Below, one piece after another: positions 42,702 through 50,814 of a stretch of 63,993 nucleotides of DNA (its first letter is position 1; each line of letters begins with the position of its first letter). The position numbers and the translations under genes are program-made. The stretch comes from an uncultured virus (IMG/VR IMGVR_UViG_3300027770_000036) (lineage: Duplodnaviria; Heunggongvirae; Uroviricota; Caudoviricetes): IMG/VR virus record IMGVR_UViG_3300027770_000036; one strand, given 5' to 3'. A model generated the notes under the pieces. The model was not told where the DNA came from. It worked only from the letters and a program-made list of their open reading frames with translations, and did not search any database.

Positions 42702-43196
42702 CTACTCTAGGTGTAGAGCTTCGTACAGCTCCCTTCTATCGAGCTCCCTCTGAGTTGTCTTTTCCAAGTCTACCTCGCACCACGTAAATATTGACCCTGC
42801 AACCCAGATGTCAAAACCACCAAAATATTCAACCTTTACGTTGCCCACTTTACGATCATCAGGCAACTTTAGCTTCCAAGTATCTGGAAGCATAAAGCAT
42901 GCGAGCCACTCATCTCCTCCGGCGGGTCCGGTAGAGTCGACCCACATTATACAGGCAGGGGCCACCCCGGGCTCACCCTTCAAGTGCAGCTCCAGCTCAC
43001 CCTGCAGGTGCAGCTCCCCCTGCAGGTGCATCTTATCTCGTAGCTCAGTAGCTACGAAGTCTATAACGTCCCTGGCGTCCGCCTCCCCCTTCAAGGTAGG
43101 AAAGAATATAGCATTGGCCTTTTCAAGGGCCAATTTCAATTCCTTCTCCTTTGCGGAGCAAACAGCTGCTCCATCAACCGCCGTAAACTCAAACAT
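42702..43196 (-). CDS. Hypothetical protein (cassette gene)
   Basis: AAGGAG SD; internal HLQGEL repeat. Confidence 0.75.
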   Translation of the reverse strand: MFEFTAVDGAAVCSAKEKELKLALEKANAIFFPTLKGEADARDVIDFVATELRDKMHLQGELHLQGELELHLKGEPGVAPACIMWVDSTGPAGGDEWLACFMLPDTWKLKLPDDRKVGNVKVEYFGGFDIWVAGSIFTWCEVDLEKTTQRELDRRELYEALHLE

Positions 43197-43371
43197 AGAT
43201 TCTCCTTGGTGTTAAAGAAAGTCTTTTGCAACCGATATCACTATATTATGACACGCTTACGATCTGAATTAAGCTGCGACAAAAACACGTCGCTGGCGAC
43301 GAGAGTGTGACGTAATGTGACCGTCACATTATGTTACTTGACAATGAGCTGGTTACTGATAGCTAAAAAAA

Positions 43372-43956
43372 GAGCAGCTTAACGTCCTGCTCAGGACGGC
43401 ACCTTCCCTCAAGGTGCGAGGAATATCTCCCGTGGGTATAGGGAGATATATGGAAGTTTCATCCATACCCCATTTATGGTAGGCGGGTTACCTTAAAAGA
43501 AGAAGGGGTTTCCACCCTATTCCCCGGCTCTCACCGGGTGTCCCACATATTTTAAGAGTGTGGCGTTCTCTAAGCAGTTTATAGTCCTACTCAGGACGCG
43601 CACCTCACTAAGGTGCCGCTAGTGTTACGTCCGTAGTTACTGGACGTTTGTGGAACTTTCATCCACACCCACTTACCTACGGTTGGTTACCGCCCACTGT
43701 TCTTAGGCCGTGGGGCCTTCAGTCCGTAAAAATGTAGACGCAGGACCTAAACCTCACCACAAGGCATTACACTGTAAAGTGCTGGTCCCGCTTAGGTGTG
43801 TGGCTTAATATCCTACAGGTGTGCGCCACATAACTACTTGCGTAGAATTATCAGCGCGCACACCAGGTTAACCTAGATATTAAGTCGAATTCCTCCAAGC
43901 GGCCGTGTCAGATCGGCAGGGCTGAAGGCCTTCGTCCTTAATATCTAGGCGGTATC
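43372..43956 (-). ncRNA. Candidate modular ncRNA B (~585 nt)
   Basis: No ORF of 60 aa or more; own promoter and terminator; 13-bp stem 43872-43884/43937-43949; two tandem pseudoknot/T-loop modules. Confidence 0.75.
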
Positions 43957-44044
43957 ACTCTATTATGACACGATTATGCTCTGAATTAAGGGGGTGCATA
44001 ATAGCTAAAAAAAGAGCAGTTTAACGTCCTGCTCAGGACGGTGG

Positions 44045-44341
44045 TTAGGGCTTTAACTCGAATTCCTTCAAGTCCCCTAATACCACACACTGCAGCCGGT
44101 ACCAGGTATTCCTGGCATCCTCTGAGTGTGAGAACTTAAGTCCACCTTGGCAGATGGAAAGAAAGTCTTTCCATTTGCTTATAGTGATCTTCTTCCCCAT
44201 GGTGTGGCCACCGTAGGGCGTCCAATACTCCGGCATATGCCGGAGTATTTTCTGCTCTAGCTCCCGGGCGTCGGCAGCCTCCTTGTCCATCAACTGGACA
44301 AGGTCTTTTACAAAAACCAAATTTTGTTCTAAAGTGGTCAT
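44045..44341 (-). CDS. Hypothetical protein (cassette gene)
   Basis: GAAAGGA SD before ATG 44341 (MTTLEQ). Confidence 0.7.
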   Translation of the reverse strand: MTTLEQNLVFVKDLVQLMDKEAADARELEQKILRHMPEYWTPYGGHTMGKKITISKWKDFLSICQGGLKFSHSEDARNTWYRLQCVVLGDLKEFELKP

Positions 44342-44453
44342 GGTATTTTCCTTTCTTAAAAGGGGGCATACCTGCCCTACAGGATTAGGCGTCATCTAAT
44401 AGATGACTGATAACCTATCCTTCCATACTATTATGACGCACTTATGGATTGGA

Positions 44454-44819
44454 TTAAGGCTTGATGCCGCCTATGTCTGTACGCACAATATCGTGCTCAG
44501 ATAGCTCAGACCAATATATCTCCAAAGCTTCAGTCTCTTCTATAGCTTCGAACTTATGGTTTAAGCCAGGAGGTATCTTAATGCACTCGGTAGGCCTAAG
44601 CATGATGCTGCTCTTTATAGTGCCATCTGAGTTGTAGCAGCTGATCATTAGCTTGCCTGAGACTATATAGAATTGATTCCACTTATGCTGGTGAAAGTGA
44701 TTAGAGCAGTATCCGCCTTTGAGAATATGTATGTGGCATATCTGAAAGGAGTTGTCCAAATGAATGATATGGTTGCGGCCCCATAGCTTCTCTTCTTGTC
44801 TTACAGCTAGTACGTCCAT
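44454..44819 (-). CDS. Cupin-domain protein
   Basis: KLWG, CSNHFHQHKWNQF, IPPGLNHKF. Confidence 0.8.
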   Translation of the reverse strand: MDVLAVRQEEKLWGRNHIIHLDNSFQICHIHILKGGYCSNHFHQHKWNQFYIVSGKLMISCYNSDGTIKSSIMLRPTECIKIPPGLNHKFEAIEETEALEIYWSELSEHDIVRTDIGGIKP

Positions 44820-44822
44820 GAG

Positions 44823-45863
44823 TTAGCCCTCTATGATCTTCTTCCATTGTGAGTAAAACATGCTTCTAACTGATCTTCTGCCTACTTTGGTATTCTTATT
44901 AAGATCCAGTATTCTTTCGTTTATGGCATTCGCTGCTACAGTTATAAACTCAGAAGGATTAGGCTCAGCATACATTACTCCGCCCTTAGAACCTCCCGAG
45001 TCACACGAAACCAACATACCGTTAACGCCATTTGTAATTATATTTGACATCGGTGGTATATCATAGGCCACTACTGGTGTTCCCATGTATATAGACTCTA
45101 TTCCTACTAGGCCAAACCCTTCTATCTCTGCTGGCCACAATACTATATCGCTATGCCCATATAGAAGAAGGGAGCTAGTACAAGTGGTTTCGTCTATGAC
45201 GATTTTTATGTTTCGATTGCCTTTTACATACCTAGCTAGGGCTCTCTTCACTTCCCATGGAGATCCTTTAGAGCTATATGAAACAGTTATATCGGCTTGA
45301 GGGCACTTGTCTTGAACTCCGGAGATTATCTGGAATAAAGACTCCAAGTCACATCTAAGCCCCTGGCTGGAGTGAAGTGGTATTAGAACCTTAGGTCTTG
45401 AAGCATCTGTGTCTCCGATGTCCTTTCTAGTCATAGGTATAGAGCTGTCCCATTCAATTGTGGAGACGTCTCTAATATTAGACTCTTTACGCACAATGGC
45501 TGAGTTCTCTAAGCAAGGAGTTACTACATGGGCACAAAACTTAAGTGATCCCTTTATGTACCCAGGAAGACAATCCCATGGAGCTAGAGCTATCGTAACT
45601 ATTGATTTGCCAACCCTTTGCACTACATCCTTACTAGGAGGAACTGGCCACACTACATGGCTGAGCCCCTTTAACCACTTATCATAAGGCATGTCATTAG
45701 GGGTTACTACTAGGTTATCCCAATTGCACCCATAGATATGGTTAGGGGCCTTGCTGCTGAATAGAGTTGTGTCGTAGCCTAAGAACCTAAACGAATCAGA
45801 CAACCTTAACGCCGCATACACGGCATCATGAGGTTTATACTGTACATCAAAGCCTATCTTCAT
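44823..45863 (-). CDS. GT-B glycosyltransferase (family 4-like)
   Basis: WPAEIEGFGLVGIESIYMGTPVVAYDIPPM..I..GVNG. Confidence 0.85.
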   Translation of the reverse strand: MKIGFDVQYKPHDAVYAALRLSDSFRFLGYDTTLFSSKAPNHIYGCNWDNLVVTPNDMPYDKWLKGLSHVVWPVPPSKDVVQRVGKSIVTIALAPWDCLPGYIKGSLKFCAHVVTPCLENSAIVRKESNIRDVSTIEWDSSIPMTRKDIGDTDASRPKVLIPLHSSQGLRCDLESLFQIISGVQDKCPQADITVSYSSKGSPWEVKRALARYVKGNRNIKIVIDETTCTSSLLLYGHSDIVLWPAEIEGFGLVGIESIYMGTPVVAYDIPPMSNIITNGVNGMLVSCDSGGSKGGVMYAEPNPSEFITVAANAINERILDLNKNTKVGRRSVRSMFYSQWKKIIEG

Positions 45864-45865
45864 GT

Positions 45866-46486
45866 TCAGTTGTGTGTAAATATATAACCATCAACTTTAG
45901 AGGGCTTAAAGTCAGGTTTATTTTTAAGTTTATTAATATACTCCCAGTCAGCTGAAAAGCTATTGCTATTCCACTTAGTATCGCCCACAAGGCTAGTATG
46001 AGCTATCCAGTTGCCTGCGTCTATAGCTCCTCTCTTGAGGTCCGACTTCATAGGTTTCCATAACTTGTGGCTGTGAACCATGTTACAGTAAATAAAGTTG
46101 GATTTATTTTCATGGGCTGAGCCTAGCATCCACTCTAAATAAACGGGAGCATACCAGCAATCAGCGTTCATAGTGCATAGCCAGTTGCACTTGTCAGCCG
46201 TGCCCATATCAAACCCTACCTGTCTAAGGTGATGCCCGAACTTAGCCTCTCTTGTAGGACTATTTAACTTAACGAATCTATGGTCACTGCCGACTGCGTT
46301 TAAGTAATGGGTGGAGGCTTCATTAGACCAAGGACCATCATGTAATATATATGCTTTGAAGTCTTTAAATGTTTGGGCTCTAAGGGCATGTATGAGAGAT
46401 GATAAGCAGTTAGTTTGATTATACGTAACTACAGATATGCATACTTTAGACCCAGGTGTAATGCTCTTGGCTTTCCAGTACCTCAT
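45866..46486 (-). CDS. GT-A glycosyltransferase (family 2-like)
   Basis: ISVVTYNQ, ILHDG, NADCWY, ADW. Confidence 0.8.
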   Translation of the reverse strand: MRYWKAKSITPGSKVCISVVTYNQTNCLSSLIHALRAQTFKDFKAYILHDGPWSNEASTHYLNAVGSDHRFVKLNSPTREAKFGHHLRQVGFDMGTADKCNWLCTMNADCWYAPVYLEWMLGSAHENKSNFIYCNMVHSHKLWKPMKSDLKRGAIDAGNWIAHTSLVGDTKWNSNSFSADWEYINKLKNKPDFKPSKVDGYIFTHN

Positions 46487-47208
46487 TACTTAATCCTTAG
46501 ATTACCTGTGCCGGCTTTCTTTCCTGAGGGGTTTCTCGTTACCCCCCTATAATGAAAGACGAAGCTAGACAGGGCTATACGACTTGATAGGCCTAGCTTC
46601 TTCCATCTTCCCATCAACTCGTCCTCATTACGGATCATCTTGAATTTGGGATTAAAGAACTGGTTGTTTCCTAGACTATGGGCGCCTGTGATCCACGTCT
46701 TAGCTAGAGCAGCCAAGCAGAACCCATTAAGAGGGCCAGACTCCGTGGTGCCTGCCCTTTCCTTTAATAGGCGGGCAGACACCTGGGCGAGATTAAGGTC
46801 AGAATCGCTAACAGTATATCCTTTTACATACTTGAGTACTTGCTGCTTAGCTCTGTGGCCCGGAGCGTTCGTCAGAGGGCCCACTACGCCTGCGCCTTCT
46901 TCTAGAGCCTCCACTATTCCCTTGCTCCAATTCGGGGGAAACTTCAGGTCGGAGTTCCCCGCCACTATTACTTTGGCACGGTGTTCCAAGGCCAAGAGGA
47001 TTCCCTGGTTCCACGATCTGGTTAGGTTCTTGTCGTTCTTCGGGAACCGATGCAGCAGAAACTGGCTCTTCGGATACTTCTCCCAATCCGCAAGGTTCCA
47101 TTGAGGACTCCCGTCGTCCACAAGAATCACTAGGCAATTCGCAGTGTTCTTCAGGCAGCTTTCCACAGCTATCTTGGCATAATCGAATTGGTTGTACGTC
47201 GGTATCAC
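46486..47208 (-). CDS. GT2 glycosyltransferase domain (5' end probably joined to the upstream ORF by a frameshift)
   Basis: (LIAVV)IPTYNQ, VDDGS, NSDL, VFHYRG. Confidence 0.8.
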   Translation of the reverse strand: MIPTYNQFDYAKIAVESCLKNTANCLVILVDDGSPQWNLADWEKYPKSQFLLHRFPKNDKNLTRSWNQGILLALEHRAKVIVAGNSDLKFPPNWSKGIVEALEEGAGVVGPLTNAPGHRAKQQVLKYVKGYTVSDSDLNLAQVSARLLKERAGTTESGPLNGFCLAALAKTWITGAHSLGNNQFFNPKFKMIRNEDELMGRWKKLGLSSRIALSSFVFHYRGVTRNPSGKKAGTGNLRIK

Positions 47209-48109
47209 AACCGCTATCAGCGGGGGGAAACGTAATGTCAGCCACTGGGCTGACCACCTCCGTCTTAGCTTGCTTACTTACGTGTTCTTGAAAGGCTTTT
47301 TCTACATTAGCTAAGGCTAGAGCTTGGTACGCTGGAGCCAAGTTACACTCAGGCCAAGTAATGGAGGTATCTACAGGCGAGTCATCAATAAATGTAGCCT
47401 GAGGAATAAACTCTTGTGGCTCTGGCTCAGCGGTAGGGCAAGCTTCGTTGAGTAGCTTAGCTCCAAAGCCTAAGAGGGTAGAAGGTGTCAGCTGGGCAGC
47501 GCATCTAAGAGACAGCATCCTTATGCTTAATTTATTGTCCCCAACAACATCTACAGGATTAAGCTCTTCTATCTTTATTCCATGTTCCTTTAGCATAGTA
47601 AAGCATTTGGAAATAAAAGCACATCCTTTGTCATACACGCCAGGGTAGTAATCGTCTAAAAGAATGTGTGTGTTGGAGCTGCAGCAATTAAGAATATTCT
47701 CAAGATCACTTGCTATAGTTTCAAGTGTGTGCCCGCCATCAAGGAATACAACGTTAGCAGTAGGAATATCTTTAACAGCTTGAGGCATGGAGAGCTTAGT
47801 ATCGCCTTTTATTAACTGAACCTTGGCTGCGCCCGCTGCAAGTATTAGCTTTCTAGCGGCATCTCGGCTCATAGCCAAAGCTGGCTTTCCGAACTCAATG
47901 GAGTTAACATTTGGAGTCATGTCTTCAAATAGGTCAAAGCCATAGTACTCTATGTTCGTTCTTCCTAGCTTCTTAGCAAGCTTTACCATCATTACAGCTC
48001 TGACAGCATGATGTACACCGATCTCTACGATGCGGTAAGGCTTGTTATTCTTGCTATCCTTTACTGTAGCGGTTACAGCCGCATTAAGGTTGTCGTATCT
48101 GCTTGGCAT
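46847..48109 (-). CDS. Class I SAM methyltransferase; the C-terminal ~125 aa are probably out-of-frame readthrough
   Basis: VEIGV, YGFDLFE, LIKGDT, FLDGGH, LLDDY. Confidence 0.75.
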   Translation of the reverse strand: MPSRYDNLNAAVTATVKDSKNNKPYRIVEIGVHHAVRAVMMVKLAKKLGRTNIEYYGFDLFEDMTPNVNSIEFGKPALAMSRDAARKLILAAGAAKVQLIKGDTKLSMPQAVKDIPTANVVFLDGGHTLETIASDLENILNCCSSNTHILLDDYYPGVYDKGCAFISKCFTMLKEHGIKIEELNPVDVVGDNKLSIRMLSLRCAAQLTPSTLLGFGAKLLNEACPTAEPEPQEFIPQATFIDDSPVDTSITWPECNLAPAYQALALANVEKAFQEHVSKQAKTEVVSPVADITFPPADSGCDTDVQPIRLCQDSCGKLPEEHCELPSDSCGRRESSMEPCGLGEVSEEPVSAASVPEERQEPNQIVEPGNPLGLGTPCQSNSGGELRPEVSPELEQGNSGGSRRRRRRSGPSDERSGPQS

Positions 48110-48123
48110 CGTAATGCTCCTAA

Positions 48124-48837
48124 CTAAGGTTTATCTATGCTATCTCTGGTATACCCAGAGGTGTCTTTTGGAGCAGGCAACGGAGCCAGCCCAAACTCAT
48201 CTCTTAACTGAATGTAATCAGCATCATGTATAGACCCACCACACCCTAAGAGAGGTGAAATAGATAATACAGGAATTCTTGCCTTTTCTCTAGCCAGTTT
48301 TCTAGCTTTATAAGTCCATTCCCTATATTCACTATACACGTCTTTCGGCGCAAGGCCATGAAACCTTACGTGCTGCTTGTGAGAGTGATGATCTCCTCCA
48401 ACGTCTGACATGTCAACCCCTACTAGAAATATAGCTCTAGCCCCCATTCTACAAGCCAGGTCTATAGCTGTCTGCTGCACACCTCTGCCTATGAATAGGG
48501 TTTCTTTGTCTTTACCTAAAAAGCTAGACCACTCGGGGCTAGTATTAAACACATACCTTTCAGGATCGTCAAATGGCAGTCGGGTTGGTGACTTATGCTT
48601 TACTACCCATCTAGTCTTTAGCCTGGGGTTAGATTTAATGAGCACGCTATGTTCCATCTCCAGCTCAGGGTGAACTGTTATAGAGTAACTAACATTAAAG
48701 CTCTTGTAGGCTTGGTTAAGCCCTATGGTGATTCTGTCTACAAACATATCCTTTGGAAGAACTCTAGCCGTTGGGCCAGTGCCGACTATATATATGTCAC
48801 AGTCTCTATGAATGTTGTATAGCTTATCTATACGCAT
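48124..48837 (-). CDS. MptE/DUF115 (Maf-like) Rossmann-fold transferase
   Basis: IYIVGTGPT, IGLN, AIDLACRMGARAIFLVGVD. Confidence 0.7.
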   Translation of the reverse strand: MRIDKLYNIHRDCDIYIVGTGPTARVLPKDMFVDRITIGLNQAYKSFNVSYSITVHPELEMEHSVLIKSNPRLKTRWVVKHKSPTRLPFDDPERYVFNTSPEWSSFLGKDKETLFIGRGVQQTAIDLACRMGARAIFLVGVDMSDVGGDHHSHKQHVRFHGLAPKDVYSEYREWTYKARKLAREKARIPVLSISPLLGCGGSIHDADYIQLRDEFGLAPLPAPKDTSGYTRDSIDKP

Positions 48838-49601
48838 TAGAACTTTCCTAGATAAGTCTTGTAGTACGGATTAAGGCCTTGGCTTAACCTCTTATCCAAC
48901 TTAGGTTTATGCCAAAGGTCTAAAGCAAATTGGAAGTCAGATTTTGATACTGCTTTAGCTGCTATTGCCTTTGCAAGCTCCGCTTCCCAGAAATGGGATA
49001 AGGGATGCTCTGGCTTATACCAAGGCTGCTCGGGCTCTTTGGTGTAATGTAGAAGCCTAGTAGTTGCGTCCTCATAGACATTAAGGCTATTCCAGAAATT
49101 AGGTATCTTAAGCGGGAGATTAGGCCTAAACGTTAAGTGCATGAAGTCGCTATACTTATATCCCCTTCTAAGTGTGTCCCACATGTCTACGGGGTTCCAA
49201 CCAACTTTAGCACAATCTATAACCATTACAGAGCTTTGAGGCCATGGCTGCTTATTGAACTTATCGGGTTGGTAAGTACAGGCTACTGCCTCATCTTTAA
49301 GGATGTCTGCATATCCCCAGAGCTCGGATATGTCCCCGAAGACTAGCTGATCAGCGTCAAGGTAGATAGCGTGTCCTTCATAGTTGCAAAAATGAGGTAT
49401 CATGAATCTTCTAAGGCTAAACCCTGTGCCCTGATGAAGGCCTTTTGGTACTTCCCATTCTGGACCCATCATAGGAATTATAACAACATTGCTGCTAGTA
49501 TTTCTTTTAATGGAATGGGAAAGCACGTCCAAGGCTATCTTGGTTTTAAGTTCAGTACCAACAAAAATCTTTATAGGTCCCTTCGGCATAGTATTCTCCA
49601 A
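48837..49601 (-). CDS. GT-A glycosyltransferase (GT8-like phage family)
   Basis: TGFSLRRFMIP, AIYLDADQLVFGDISELW, SSVMVIDC, WNSL, LLHYT..QPW. Confidence 0.85.
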   Translation of the reverse strand: MENTMPKGPIKIFVGTELKTKIALDVLSHSIKRNTSSNVVIIPMMGPEWEVPKGLHQGTGFSLRRFMIPHFCNYEGHAIYLDADQLVFGDISELWGYADILKDEAVACTYQPDKFNKQPWPQSSVMVIDCAKVGWNPVDMWDTLRRGYKYSDFMHLTFRPNLPLKIPNFWNSLNVYEDATTRLLHYTKEPEQPWYKPEHPLSHFWEAELAKAIAAKAVSKSDFQFALDLWHKPKLDKRLSQGLNPYYKTYLGKF

Positions 49602-49654
49602 TATTAACGAGGCATGGTAACTGATTTATAAACAAATAGCGATGTTTATTTTAA

Positions 49655-50260
49655 TTACATAGGGCTTATAACTAATCCATACTTCTTCTTCGTGAAATTA
49701 AACTCTGAAAATTGGTCATTAAATGATGACCTTCCATTACAGAGAAGATCACTCTTGTTAAACTCATCATGATAACTGGTGCCGCCGTCAATGCCTATGG
49801 TATTAACTAGTCTGACCCCAGCCATAGCTAGTAAGTTCATTACAGCCACCGCCCCGAATAGTTTAACCCTTACCTCTGGGCCTCCTCGCCTCATGCTTAC
49901 TTTTCTTGTCCTGCTGCTGTTGTAGTATAGTACATCTTTGTGCCCTATTCTGTTAGCGGCATCCAAATCTACTAAGCTCTTGTTTCCTGGCTTAAAGCCT
50001 ATGTGCGGCTCCCATGGAGTTACTAAATGTCGGCAAAGAAACTTATTATCCGACTTATTGTAAACCTCAGAATCTATAGCATGCCCTAAAAGACACGGTA
50101 TTTTAAACATAACATGGTTTAGGCCTACTACTAAGTAGTCTTCAAGGTTTATACTGCTTACCTTACTAAAGCTTGGGCCTTTACCTACGACCAACCAGGG
50201 CTTTGTAGATGATAAGGTCTTGAACCACTCGAAGAATGGGGTCATATTTGCTTTAGACAT
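49655..50260 (-). CDS. Sialyltransferase/MptE-like Rossmann-fold protein
   Basis: VVGKGPSF, VGLN, MAGV..V..IGIDG. Confidence 0.55.
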   Translation of the reverse strand: MSKANMTPFFEWFKTLSSTKPWLVVGKGPSFSKVSSINLEDYLVVGLNHVMFKIPCLLGHAIDSEVYNKSDNKFLCRHLVTPWEPHIGFKPGNKSLVDLDAANRIGHKDVLYYNSSRTRKVSMRRGGPEVRVKLFGAVAVMNLLAMAGVRLVNTIGIDGGTSYHDEFNKSDLLCNGRSSFNDQFSEFNFTKKKYGLVISPM

Positions 50261-50271
50261 GATGTGTCTTT

Positions 50272-50808
50272 CTAAAGATCCACTATGCTGTCTGACATCT
50301 TTACAATAGGGGCATTGCGCGCGCCCTTACAGGTGCTGTATATAGCACACCAATAGTAATTACCATCATGAGGGCCTAGTACTCTGCCCACGCCGAATCT
50401 ATCGTACTTACCTAATATAATAACTCTATGACTTTCAGACAGGAACCAGGCCTTCATCAAGTCCTTTACATCAGACCCTATAGAGTAAGAGATGCATTCG
50501 CCTATGCTCTCCGGCTCCTTACCTACTATAGCCATACGCTGAACAGGGCCAAAGAAGCTGAATCCCATGTGGGATACATTTTGAGAGTTTGACATCCATA
50601 TAGCATGAGACCTAGCAACCAAGGAGCAGTCATCATCTACCACTAAAGGTGGAAGGTTATATACGTTTCTTGTCTTGTTATTCAAGGTAAGAAGTTCTGT
50701 AACTTCATCGCTAGTAAGCATGGCTGCGTCCTCGGGGTGATCCGTGGCCGGACCGCTGTCCATAATCATTTTAAAGAAGTTGCTTATAGTGCTCATAATA
50801 AGTTCCAT
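50272..50808 (-). CDS. CAP/SCP-domain protein
   Basis: NKTR...LPPL, ARSHAIWM, SH, GE, WFLSESHR..IL, GVG, YW. Confidence 0.85.
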   Translation of the reverse strand: MELIMSTISNFFKMIMDSGPATDHPEDAAMLTSDEVTELLTLNNKTRNVYNLPPLVVDDDCSLVARSHAIWMSNSQNVSHMGFSFFGPVQRMAIVGKEPESIGECISYSIGSDVKDLMKAWFLSESHRVIILGKYDRFGVGRVLGPHDGNYYWCAIYSTCKGARNAPIVKMSDSIVDL

Positions 50809-50814
50809 AGCCTT

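Larger units (their letters stand above)
37596..44456 (-). repeat. Cassette array 2: thirteen promoter-(ORF or ncRNA)-terminator units
   Basis: Terminator signature at 37596, 37988, 38453, 38842, 39439, 39916, 40544, 41469, 41768, 42294, 42655, 43358 and 44000, each with a matching promoter. Confidence 0.92.

Noticed and set aside
41502..44395. ORF-track starts MDGTY, MAPRL, MAPNP and MTPNP
   Set aside because: These ATGs lie in the leader hairpin stem; SD-led starts are downstream at 41625, 42180, 42551 and 44341.
37596..44456. CRISPR array
   Set aside because: Repeats are 300-900 bp apart, enclose genes and parse as promoters and terminators; no cas genes are visible.
37596..44456. Classical integron with attC sites
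   Set aside because: No integrase in the window, no evident RYYYAAC/GTTRRRY attC structure, and the cassettes carry their own promoters.
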